Source: Microbotryum violaceum (lineage: Eukaryota). Taken from it: DNA of 64,000 nucleotides. Below the pieces are notes generated by a model. It did no database searches, was not told the DNA's origin, and worked only from the letters and a program-made list of their open reading frames with translations. Made by a program: the position numbers and the translations under genes. Shown here in pieces: positions 47,161 through 64,000 of the stretch; the stretch's first letter is position 1, and each line of letters starts with the position of its first letter. The stretch lies in contig CDLV01000004.1 of assembly GCA_001244265.2 (NCBI GenBank), positions 1,798,001-1,862,000 on the forward strand, given 5' to 3'.

Positions 47161-50100
47161 TGTTGCAACAAGGACTAAGAGGTACTCCACGACTCAGCTC
47201 CGAGATACACGAGTGAGATGATGAGAATAGCGTGGCTTTGCAGTAACTAACCTAAGAGGTACTCCACAACACAGCTCCAAGATACACGAGTGAGATGATG
47301 AGAATAGCGTGGAGAAGGAACCCAGAAGGAAAAAAGACGCAAAGACAAAGATAGGCGCGCGCGCAGAATAAAGTCTTAACCAAGACTAATAGCAATGAGT
47401 TAGGCTCTCAGACCCCACTTCTAACACTCCCACCGGTCAAAGAGACTAACAAGACCATTCCAAGTAGAGCACGAAGTTGATCAAAGCGTTGAAATCCCAA
47501 AGGCTTCGTCATAATATCCGCGGCATTGACGTGGGTAGGGCAGTATTCAAGTTCGACCTCGCCAGAAGCAACCTGTTCTCGAACGAACAAATGAGCAATG
47601 TCGAAGTGCTTGGTTCGCATGTGATTGACCGGATCCTTGGCACTCTGGATGCATGCGGCGTTGTCCTCTTGAATGATAGTAGGCTGTGCTTGTGGAATGC
47701 CAACATCACCAGCCAAACGACGGAGCCAGATTGCTTCACAAGTGGCTGAGGATGCAGAGAGGGTTTCGTCTTCGGTAGTGGATGTAGCGATCATAGATTG
47801 TTGCTTTGACTGCCAGGAGATAACGCCGCCAGCGAGCATTGACGCATAGGCTCCCACCGATCTGCGAGATTCCGGGTCATCCGCAAACGAGGCATCGGAG
47901 TAGACCATCAATCGAGTTGTGGAACTGTTTCGATAAAGAATTCCCAAATCGATGGTGCTGTTGAGGTAGCGAAATATACGCTTGACCGCAGCCCAATCGT
48001 TGACAGTTGGACAGGAGTTCTTTTGAGCAACGGCACGAACAGCAATCGCGATATTGGGTCAACATCGAGTGGACGCGTACTGCAGGGAACCCACAGCCGA
48101 TTGGTACAATGACACATCGGCAAACGGAGTAGCATTGATTCGAAGCGAGGGGCAATCGTCCATGGGCGTGATTGCACGGCGCTTGGATGGAGAAGCGAAA
48201 TCGAACTTCTCGAGCATAGTGCGGACATACTTGCTTTGGTGAACGAGGATGTAATCTTTGGTGCGATGAATTTCGAAGCCCAGGAAGTAGGAGACGGGTC
48301 CGAGACGCTTGAGTGGAAGGCCTCATGAAGCTATCCGAGCTCGGAGTCCAAGAAGGACTGATTGTTGGACGCAATGAGACCGTTGTCAACATAGAGAGTG
48401 ATGATAGCAAACAAAGTGCCCGAATGTTTGATGTAGAGGCAAGCATCGGCAGTTGCCCTCATGTAGCCTCGAGACACCATGAGATCGTTGACGGCTCGAT
48501 ACCATTCACAGGGTGCCTGTTTGGTGCCATACATGGAACCCACAAGCTTGAGGCACTTGCCAGGGGCTTGAGGACGATTCCATCCTTTTGGGTATTGAAC
48601 ATAGACATCCTCGGTCATCTTGCCGTTGAGAAAGGCGCAGTCAAAATCGAACTGTTCGAGATACAGGCCCTGAGCAGCAGCCAGAGCAATCAAGAACAAA
48701 TGACAGGAGCGTAGGTGTCATGGTAGTCAATGCCTGGGCGTTGAGCAAATCCTTGAGCAACGAGACGAGCTTTGAAACGAATGATTTTGCCGTTTGCATC
48801 GCGCTTGATACTGTAGACCCAGATTGTGCCGAGTACCCAAATTCCTTCGTGCCACTTAACTTCCTGAAAGACTCCATGATGATCGAATTGTAGAAGTTCT
48901 GAGACCATTGCCGCACTCCAATGGTTGCGATAGGGTGACTTCATGGCTTCCTCGAATGTCTTGGGTATCTTGATGTCTTCTTTGGCAAACACGGCAGCAC
49001 AGTAGGCATCGTAGGAAAGCTTGTCGTGGAACTGTAATACACCCCGTTGGAGTGTACACCTGAGCGACGACGACAAGGATCACAGGACCAAAGTATGTAG
49101 AATTGACACTGGACACTCGTATCAGTCGCTGGTATGACAATGCCTTCTTATCCACCTTGTGCTCACCTGGACACTCGTATCAGTCGCTGGAGAGAGACTA
49201 AGAGTGCCTAGGCGCGCGTCCCCTCTTCCTAAGGCCCAGGCGCACGGGCCTTACAGGAACATGGGTGGAGTATCCAAGACATTGACCATGATAGCCAAAA
49301 TGATGGGAAGTATATTTTCCGGAGGTTGGTCAACGACAAGAACCAGCAGGAAGGATGTTGGAAGAATCAACATTCTCGAATTGGCCAGGATTTGGACCAG
49401 TGCGAACGATGGCGTAACCTTCACAAGGAGCGAGAGTGGCTTCCGCCTCACCGTTGAGTGGTTCTTGAGGAACGACTGCAAGATACCCCCCTGTTGACCA
49501 ACTCCAATTGGAACCACCGGAGGAGGCTGTGGATCCGGCAAAGTTGGATCCACAACAGGTGAAGTTGGTGTAGACGGCAACACATCTGGCGGAGGATGAG
49601 GAGGATGAGGAGGTTGAGAATGATGAACGGGATCAGAAGCGTCCGCACGATCTTGAGACGAAGTGACGACGGAAGGAGTCTCAAGGAATGTGACGTGACG
49701 CGAAACGTAGACCTGTTTCGACGATTGGACCCAGACAGGGTAGTTGTATTCACCGGAGTACCGATGAAAACTCCCTGAATGGAGCGAGGTGCAAGCTTGG
49801 AGCGACGCTCCTTGCGAACGTGGACAAACGCCGTAGATCCAAATGGCTGAAGATGAGCAAGACTAGGCTTCTTGCCGAGAAGAACTTTGATTGCCGTTTT
49901 TCCTTGAATACGAGGATGTGGTCGACGATTGAGAACAAATGTCGCGACAGCCAGAGCATCTGACCAGAATTGCATGGGAAGACCGGAGTCGAGGAGCATT
50001 GATCGAACGAGACCCATGAGAGATCCATTGAGTCGCTCTACTTGACCATTTTGCTCCGGAGTATAGGGGGCCGTGAATTCCACGATGATGCCCTGCTTTT

Positions 50101-52174
50101 CAAGAAGAGCCCGTAACAATGAGTTGTCAAATTCACAACCATTGTCCGATCTGACCCTCTTAATTTTCTGACCCGTTTGACGCTCGGACTCGGCTTGAAA
50201 TTTCGACCATGCTTCGATAATCGTCTCAGCCCTCTTGTCCTTTAGCACGATCGTCCATTTAGCCGTCGAATACTGATCCACGATAGCGAGATAGATAGTA
50301 TCGCCATGGTGATTGGGGTGTTCAACAAACCCGAGATCAATGAAGACGCGGTAGAGTGCATGAGGCGCTTCGGTACTCTTGTTGGAGAAGGGTGATCGCT
50401 TTGACTTGGCCTGGATGCACGAGAAGCAAGGAGTAACCTTTTCGTCCTTCAGAGTGATGCCAGTGATAGCCCCGGATTTGACGGCCAAAACGATCGCCGC
50501 AGGAGATTGATGGCCCAACTTCCGATGTGCTTCCATCAACGTACAGGTTCCAGTGAGACGATTAGCTCCGACCATTGAAGGCGGTGAGGATGACATGATA
50601 GGCTGAACGGGAGCTGCATCCATGACAAACCCCCGACCAGGAAGCGAGCGCAGAATCGACTTGCCGCGGATGCTGAAAATGAGATTGCTTTGGGGACCAA
50701 CAGCGTACGTCATCGATTCCAACAGACGGTCGATGGAGATAAAACCGCATTGAGCACCGGGCATGTAGTAGACCCTCTTAATGGTGATACGAGCGCCATA
50801 TGAGGTAAGAAACGTCACTGAGCCATGACCGGGAGATTCGATTTGAGATTGATTGGCAACAGAAATTTTGAGAGGCTCAGAGACAACGTCCGATAGGACC
50901 GACTTGTCTCCAACGCAATGGACCTTAGCAACCGAGTCAATGATCCATGGAAAACGTGGCATCGTTCGCGAATAGGGGAAACTGTAGGTCATCAATGCAG
51001 ATTCATCTACACCAATGCAGCTACGTTCGAATTTGAGTCCGAGGAAGCGGGAGCGCTCGCATCCTTGTTCCTGCTTGGACAGAGACGCCAACCACGCTCG
51101 TGTCCCAGTGCTTTGCAGCGCGAACAATACGACTTGGAGTAGTCCTTTTGCGCTGTGGTGGAAATACGGGCGACGAGGCTAGTATCGTCAACGATCCGAG
51201 CGGATAACGATTCCTTTTGTTTGTTTTGGGTATCAACCATTTCGACGTTCATCAGGAGTTTCGGATAGAACGTGTTCCAATCCATGTGGATGTCGATGTC
51301 GGAGGCAAGGTTCCCAACGATCGAGTCATACTGGGCTGGGAGCGACCAAACGAGCATGCCTGCAAACAGCCAATGCGGAAGCGGAGCTCCGAGGTTCTGA
51401 AAATCGGTCATGGCGATCTTGACCTTGTTGACGAATTCCTTAAAAGGAATATCCCCAGAGTAAGGTTGCGCTAGAGTGTTGAGGAGGTCCATAGTGCGAC
51501 TCGGGCGACCGTGAGAGTGGAGACCACGGAGGGTGTCCCACATCTTGTACGCCGAGGTAAGATGAATCAAGTGAGACGTCTGTTCCTCAGAAATCGAATT
51601 GGCGATGTACTTGCATGCCAAATCGTTGCGGCGGATGGCCCGTTCGCGATATTCCGCGACCTTGTCCGCAACTTGAACGCTGGTGAGCCTGGGCGAGGCG
51701 TCCGAGTGCGCAGAACCAGAGCCCCCCCCCCCTCCAAGCCCGCTAAAGCCGGAGGAGGCTGGTTCAACTGGCGTGACGGACGCAGTTGCATGTGCGATAA
51801 CGAGCGTGGACCGATAGTCCGCGACAAGGGAGTCGATGGATTGATTGACGACATCCCATACTTTGTCGGCTCGAAGATTGATAAACGCACGTTGTGACCA
51901 GCTCTTGTACCCTTGTGTGTCCTTGAGATACAAGCAATTGCCCGACCCGTTGGGGAAGTCGGATTCGCCCGTTGAGCTCATAACCTGTTGCAACAAGGAC
52001 TAAGAGGTACTCCACGACTCAGCTCCGAGATACACGAGTGAGATGATGAGAATAGCGTGGAGAAGGAACCCAGAAGGAAAAAAGACGCAAAGACAAAGAT
52101 AGGCGTGCGCGCAGAATAAAGTATTAACCAAGACTAATAGCAATGAGTTAGGCTCTCAGACCCCACTTCTAACA
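47161..52174 (-). mobile_element. Full-length degenerate Ty1/Copia element (family F). 5' LTR 51986-52174 (189 bp), 3' LTR 47161-47426 (266 bp)
   Basis: TSD ATAGG (47156-47160 and 52175-52179). PBS GGTTATGAGCTC at 51974-51985. gag knuckle [35 protein letters not shown]. Frameshifts present. Confidence 0.96.
49033..49255 (-). mobile_element. Solo LTR, family E (E1), inserted in Copia F
   Basis: TSD GGAAC (49028-49032 and 49256-49260). Confidence 0.95.
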
Positions 52175-54289
52175 ATAGGTTCAGTCTTGCAAGTGATTTG
52201 TCAAGGAGGAAGTCCAGAGCATCAAACTCCTTCACAATCCTGCGCAATGTTCCAAAGAAGTGTTTGACCATCTCGGTCCCGTGTCTCCAGGGAATAAACG
52301 CCTCCTGCGGCCAATAGTTCCGATAATTCCGAACAAGTGCTATGTAGCCCTCGACCACTCGAGAGATGCCATCCAGTTTCTGAGGACTGAGGAAGTTGTT
52401 GGGAGAACTGCGCGGTTGGGACTCCGCGAATTACGTCCATCCCTCCAGGGCATAACGGACGGTCAAGAGCATAAGAACCCGTTCAGCATGTGGTAGCTCG
52501 CGAATTTGAATTGCGCCGTGCATCTCGCCAAAAAGGAAGAGTATGATGACCCCTTCTTGATCTATCTTGCCAACACGCGCAAGCCGTATGACAGTGTCAA
52601 GTGTCTCAAAACCAAAGGCTCGATCTGTCGCATTGTCGTCTTGTCGATCGCGGCGAAGCACATCTCGTCGATACAAAGTACGAAGTTCCGCAGGCAGTGT
52701 CGTATCAACTAACTTCAGGAGATCCCGAAAAGTGAAGCATCCCATGCCGCCAATGATGCAACGCGCACCTGTGTCGAGGGTGTTTCGACAATTCTTGGCG
52801 ACATGTTTCTCATCGCGGCAGAAGACGACGGGTGTGCCCCCATTAGCGCCGATCTGATGACGATTGCGGAGAAGATGTCGTTGCTCTATGGACGAGGTAG
52901 AATGTATGTGCACGATACCGGTGATGGTTCAATCTCGTTCAAGCGCTCCGTTGTCTTGCGTTGAATAACGCCTTCTGTTGCGGCCCCATCGGCGGAGATT
53001 GATACCAGCAAGTGTGCCACTCCGAAATTCACGAGGAGCTCAAGCAAGCCACCGAGCTCCTCCGCGGCGGCAGTGGTGTCAGTTTTCTCGCCGATCACAA
53101 AAGCCGCAAGGAGTTTTGCTGTCGAGCCGACCGCGTTTGAAGCTATCATGTACGTGCGCACCTAGAAGACGTGCTGAATAAATTAGTGGGCCTTCAGTTC
53201 ACAATGCACAGTTAAATCATGCAGAACATACCTTGGTGCTCGCAATTGGGGGATCATCGGAGTTGAAGATCGCCTGTAGCTCTTCTTGAGTTGAATAGGT
53301 GATTGAAACTCCTTCGACCCAAATCACAGTGTGCCGTTCTTCGGACGTGAAGTTGTCATAGATTGGGGTGGTCCGAATCCGGGGTCTCAAACAAGTATCG
53401 TCCACATGGAGGTTGAATGTTGCAGCTCCGGCCGAGATTTCACTGGCAACAGCAGCAATGTGTTCAAGGCCCTGTCCAAATCGTAGTTTGTGTACCGTGT
53501 TCCGAACTTGTCTGTGATACGAGCAATTGAGGCAGGCGATGTACGAATTCAGTAACCTGGCTCACAGCAGACAACAACATCAGCCCATTGTACAACTCAC
53601 TGAAGCTTCCGATTTGATGACGCGCCGATAGAAATTTGCAGGACTCGCAGGGCGGCAGGCGATGCCATTGCAATGGCTTGCTCAAAGTTGACCAAAGCTT
53701 GGGTTCGCACAAATCCACGCATTGCCTTGCCGACATCTGTTCGTTCGCTCTTGGTAACCGCAGCACGGATCATGCCATCCATAATGGCGTGACCTTGCAA
53801 TTGGCCGGACGCCATCTTCTGCGCAAATCGGAGGAACAGGCTTGGCTTGTCGTGCGAGTTAAAGAGTTCCTCCAGACCATTGCACCGTCAATATATCGAC
53901 GTGACGAGCGTGTCCCCAGCGCAGAACCACTTGTTGGTGAACCTCTGCATCTCCGTGGGCGCCACTTTATACAAAGAACCGCTGTAAAGAGACAATTGCC
54001 GGCTACCTTGAGGCATTCCTTACAAGGATTGGCCCGTAGTCCACTGTTTGGGCTGTATCCTGCTGCTCCCAGACATGTCCTGCTCTTGACGCATTGCAAG
54101 ACATGGTCGTTACGCCATTCTAGAACGTCCCTCTCCTGAAGATTCACCTGTGTCCCCTCGTCCTTGTCAAGTAGGATATTTTTTCTCAACTTCTTTGGCT
54201 GGGTACACCTGTATGATGAGATCCCTTCGTCTTGAGGCACCACCTCCTGGAGCGGATGTGCGCGTTAGGTAATCCAGACAAGTGGGAGT

Positions 54290-54629
54290 TGTAAGACCTG
54301 GGCAAGGCGTGATGGCGTCAGGAGTCTTTGCCCATGTCGAGAAATCGGAAACCTTGGGTAGTAACCCAGTGATGCGGGTGTCATTTGTATATGGTCATAT
54401 GGGTTGTCCCGTCCTTCATCTGATTATTGTTCCTATTATGGTACTTAGGATTGAGCCTAGCGGCGTGTCATTCACTCCTTAGTCACTCAATCTCCCTACT
54501 TTACTAGTCTCTAATCTCTTTCCTTATTAGCTTTACGCTTCACTTTCTAGCCTTCCGCGAGTCTGTCTCTTAGTCTCTGGCCACTCTGTTCTCGTCCCTG
54601 TTCATTGGACTGAGTCATGGTCATCATCA
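54290..54629 (+). mobile_element. Solo LTR-like insertion (family H) in the P-like transposase
   Basis: TG...CA ends. The 3' ~80 bp is nearly identical to the end of 61497-61736. It interrupts the coding frame. No matching TSD, so the 5' boundary is uncertain. Confidence 0.7.
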
Positions 54630-55834
54630 GTTTCCACTTGAGAACATTTCTGCGACAGCGGGGATTCAAACGGTTGGTGCGGCAGCTGGCTCCTTTGAGG
54701 TGGTCCCTGCATCAAGACGGTTGGAAACTCCCTTTGACCCTGATGTGCTTGCGGCAAGTACCACAGATTACGACGCGCAGGTCGGTACTGGAGACTTTTG
54801 AGCCCGGACATGCCTCTTCGATCTCGCGGGTATACCGAGTCAACTTCTTTTGAAGCTCCAGTGCCTTTGCCGCGTCGTCCCTTGCGCTTTGCGTGCGGGC
54901 TTTCAATCGCGAACCTCTTTTTTCTCGCATCTCCGATTCATCGACGGGGTGTTTGGGAGGCTTGACTACAACCGGCATCGTTGGTGTTCCAAACAGCCTT
55001 GACCAATCTCCACGAAGCTTTGCCACAGGTGCAGAAGCTACAGTCGGCGGTAGTGGGATTGATGGCTGTGCTCGTAAAGGACGACACGGAAATGCAGCAT
55101 CAAATGCAGTAGTCGCCGTGTTACCAAAAACACTTGACCAGGCCGCGCGAAGGTTCCGCGCTGTAACTACAGCTGCGGCATTCGACGGTGGCGTTGACGG
55201 TGACGCTGATGGCGATGTAGGAGGTGACGGAGACGACGAAGTTGAAGCTCGCAACGAAAGCAGAGGAGGGAACTGATCGGCTGTCGAGTCAATGGAATGT
55301 GACATAATCACGTCTTTGTCATCAAGTTCCGAGGCGTTCTCTTGATAACTCTCCAAGACGTCCAAGGAGTACATTTCGATATCACCGTCATCATCCTCGT
55401 CCGCTTCTTGGAGTATTTGCTGAGTGATCCGATCGAATTGGCGAAGACGCAGCATCTTTGAGTGCCGAGGGTCAAAGGGCTCAAGTCGGAGCAGTTCTTC
55501 CTTGACCACACTGATGCATGCAGGACCGCACGAGTGAGAATCGCCTTGGACAGCGATCGGTAGGACTTGAAAGCCTTTGTGTTTGAGTGCGATCCCGAGG
55601 TAGGCGATGAGATCGAGTACTCCAGTAACGAGATCGGAAGCTGGCGGCAGGCTGGGCATCGAGTTGGCCAAACTCCAGGCTTGCTGTTTTGCGTCGATGC
55701 GGACGAGATACCGATGCTCCTTTTGGCAAATGGGAACGAAGCAGATGATATCGTTGTCCCTTTCGATAAGTCAGCGCAGATCCGACAGCGAGGCAAGCCC
55801 CAAATGATGCAGTTCGTCAAATTTGACATTGTCA

Positions 55835-60885
<5,051 letters not shown>

Positions 60886-61736
60886 GAAATTGTCCGTGTC
60901 GCATGACGCACAAAATTCATCCTATGGCGGAGATTACACCCCAATGGTCAATGCTATTCGTCGTGGCTATTCAAAGGTCCTCTGCGTTAACTGTGGTGTC
61001 ATGGGGCATAGCGCAAAGTGGGCTAAATGTCCCAAAGCTGTCACAAATTTAGTCGCTGGTCTGCAAGTAGTGGACAAATTTGGCGATCCTGTCAAATCTG
61101 ATCCGCCTTCCCACTACGTATTTCCCTAATATGTTCGAATCTTCCTCAACATCGTCTCCTGCTCTTCGATCATATCACCACTCTCATTTGGTCCATCAAA
61201 GATCTCACGTCAACAATTGTCTATTCATTTTATCGGTCTTCAATCCGAATCGTCTATTTATTTTATCGGTCTTCAACCCGAAATGTCGTCTCTACAAGCA
61301 ACAGTTCCATCGTCAACCGGGACTTGGTCACTTATCTTTAACAAGCAGCGGTTCCGTCGTCAACCTGCAGTTGGTCACTTTTCTTATTCATTCCATCGGT
61401 CTTTCAATCCGAAAAGTTACCTCTATCCACGCAGCAGTTCCGTCGTCAACTGCGCAATTGTTCCCTTTCTTCTTCGGACTACTAAACCGGGGGGAGTGTC
61501 AAGGATAGCTGGTTTCACCGTCCTCATCCGATCACAACATCTAAGTTGGTTCTTGGGATTGAGCCCAATGTGCCTTCATTTGGCCCGTTGGTATCTCAAT
61601 CTCCCAGCTCTAATTGTCTCCTTAGTTCCTCTATTATTGCAGCGCTTTACTAGTTAGCCTTCCGCGAGTCTGTCCCTTAGTCTCTGGCCACTCTGTTCTC
61701 GTCCCTGTTCATTAGACTGAGTCGTGGTCATCATCA
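60886..61736 (+). mobile_element. 3' remnant of a small or non-autonomous LTR element (family H): gag Zn knuckle, PPT, 3' LTR 61497-61736
   Basis: CVNCGVMGHSAKWAKCP. PPT GGGGGGAG immediately before TGTCAAG. LTR similar to 54290-54629. Confidence 0.78.
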
Positions 61737-62412
61737 GATTCTCCTAGCGGTCGGCGTGGGAAGTTTTGCGGGAAGGATTTTTAGTTGGAGACGCTAAATT
61801 ACTGGCTGAATTATTTTTTCTCGGTCAAGGTGAGTCTCAAAAAGTGTGGGGCTTTGCTTGTTGTATAGAAGATTAGTACTGATACCCTTCGACAGGGTGC
61901 TGGTTGTTCCTTTGACAAGATGCGCGACGTCATATCATCCAACATTCTTCTGGTCAGCCGGAGCTCCTCTTCAGAAGCATTTGTGCAACACCTTTGACCT
62001 GACATCCTGAGAACGGGTTAGTGATCAACAGTTTCGACAACTGATGTGCGATATGAAAACAATCACCGGGCGCAAAAGCCTTTCTCGAAACCATATCAGC
62101 ACCATCAGCCCAGCAAGCGTGCGGTTTGCACTGGACGACATGCGCCGCAACAAGATCCATCGTCCATGCGACAACACTTCAGGACTCTGGGACCTCAAGC
62201 GCAGACCTATCGTGGACAAGAAGGAAGAAGGCACCCAGAAGCTCGTGTGCATGACATAGAGCGAGTTGGATCTATTTCGCTATGGACCCAGTCTTCCGCC
62301 CCAATTTTCCCCTTCTCAGGAGTCGCAGGAAGACGAAGATCCTTTGATTGATGTATCGGAGGAGTTGGCTCAGGAGTTCAGAGAGAACATGGAGGCGATG
62401 ATTTTCGATTGA
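61737..62412 (+). pseudogene. C-terminal fragment of an Academ-type (DUF6589-like) transposase
   Basis: SPSGRRGKFCGKDF*LETLNYWLNYFFSVK, intron 61830-61895 (GTGAGT...CTGAT...CAG), then GAGCSFDKMRDVISSNILL. This resembles the PSG..G.F..KD..LE..NYWLK motif of rust-fungal Academ proteins as I recall it. In-frame stops present. Confidence 0.68.
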
Positions 62413-62439
62413 GACAAGATTAGTGCTTAAGCTTTTATT

Positions 62440-64000
62440 TCACAGAACGTTGATAGACTTGGGGGCCAATGCAATCCTTTTGCGAGGAGTCTGAACCTTG
62501 TCACCAGAGGGAGATGATCGTTTTTGCGAAGGCCCGGCCAGTCCAATCCTCCCTTCCGTCTCAACGTGCTCCGCTTCTACCTCCCCGCCCTTTCTCCTTG
62601 CTTGTTCTTGTCCGGTCTTCTCACTTTCTTGCCCGCGCTGCCTGACTTCCGCATTCACTTTCTTCCACTGCGTCATGACTTGCTTCCGCTCTTTCAGACG
62701 CTCGCGCCTACGATTCAGGACTGCCCTGACCAACTTCTTCCGCTGCTGCTGAATCTCCTTTTGCTCCCGAGCTTCCGCCTTTCTGACCTCTTCCGCTTTA
62801 AGCGCACTTTGTTGCTCGATGAGGAAGTCGCGCTGCTCACGGACAACAGGAAAGAGAGCTTTCCACATGCCCGGAAGGGGTTCGGTGAAATCGTTGAGAC
62901 GAAAGGCATCCTCGGAATCGAGCAGCGCGATCTCCTTGGCAACACGTTGCGCAATGATAAGAGGGAAGCGCCACGGGAGGTTCTCAGTCGGTCCATAATT
63001 CAGGCCCCGAGTATATTGCCTGTACTCGAGTAGGAGTTTCTCGACAAATTCGTCTCGTTGTTGGGACTTCATACGCCATGGATTGTGCCCTCTCGTCTGT
63101 CGATTGACTGACTGCGTTGCGCGTTCATCGGCAAAGTCCTCCAAGTCGTCCTCGGCAGTTTCGACCTGCGAGTTTTGTGTGGGTTGGCTCATCTTGTCTG
63201 CTTCGATGGTTGCCCCGTCGTAACTTGAAAATTCGTGGTAGCTTTCCTCTGTGGTGTACCTCAGGTGTTCGATAATGTACTTGGCGCCTTGAGGATCACA
63301 TCGAGAACACTGGCAAGATCTGCCGGTGATGTTTCCTTGACGCTCCATTTCAGCAACGATGAGAGGATCGTCCGCAAGCTCGCCTTGCCTGCATGTTTCA
63401 ATAGTACGAGGGATTAGATTATCTATGGCCGTGCGTCCTGACGGGTTCAACTCACGTGTATAGGACGATGGCCAGAGCGTGCAAGCACGCCTTCGACTCG
63501 TAGAAAAAACGGATTGAGAGTTCGTTCTCAGTGAGTAGCTCGAGTCGTGGACGGTCGCCATGCATACCGGAAGTCGAAATCTCGTCTGGAGTTGTGTCTT
63601 CTTGCTCCGGATTGCTCGCCGCGTCCTTTTTACGTGCGTCCTTCCGAGGCTCCAAAAAAGTGATCCCAATTCACCGCTGCCCACTACGCCCTCCTCGACC
63701 CTTGCGCTGAATATTGTCCTCAACAGTGGTCCGACCGTATTAAGTCACAGTCCGAACACGAGGCCAATGTATCCCAAGACCCAGGGCAAATGTCAAACAG
63801 GAGGTCAACCGGCACATACAATCAGAATGAAGGAGAGCGTGTGATTGGGGTCGTCCAACTGCCTGTACAGCTCGCCGTCTCTCCAGGCCTCCTCAGATAC
63901 CACAACCGCTTTCTTTCCCTTTCGATTGAGATCGGCAGCCTGAAAGAGGCATGTGACTGCGGAAATCAGCACGGATATCGGTCCAGCCAGCCCAGTCGGC
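62440..64000 (-). pseudogene. RecQ-like SF2 helicase remnant (AcademH helicase), runs off the window
   Basis: Motif VI QRKGRGGR at ~63690-63715 (shifted frame). Cys cluster CL...CR...CQCSRCDP and a charged tail. Convergent with the Academ transposase fragment. The DEAH core is not seen. Confidence 0.65.

Overview
Eukaryotic, not prokaryotic: a transposon-saturated region of a basidiomycete fungus. Short GT-AG introns, TCG-biased C>T decay of repeats and a rust-type Academ element point to Pucciniomycotina, probably Microbotryum-like (inference). Only one intact host gene is visible, a NudCD1 homolog (4699-7089, one intron). The rest is a nest of Copia and Gypsy LTR retrotransposons, a TRIM, solo LTRs, two L1/Tx1-like LINEs, MITEs, a Helitron remnant, a P-superfamily-like transposase fused to a Ulp1-like protease domain, an AcademH remnant and a tRNA-like gene. 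Family letters (A-I) are my own labels. Two results stand out. (1) Five unrelated LTR families (two Copia, two Gypsy, one unclassified) share one architecture: a short direct repeat ending in branch point + AG, where copy 1 is followed immediately by a GT donor and copy 2 forms the 3' end of a 56-78 nt intron. This suggests LTRs that splice an intron from their RNA leader yet rebuild it at minus-strand transfer. (2) Four pairs of swapped target-site duplications show a ~27.4 kb inversion (14298-41734) between two inverted solo LTRs. Some single-base frameshifts in the TE ORFs could be sequencing errors. All family assignments come from motif recognition by eye, not from database searches.
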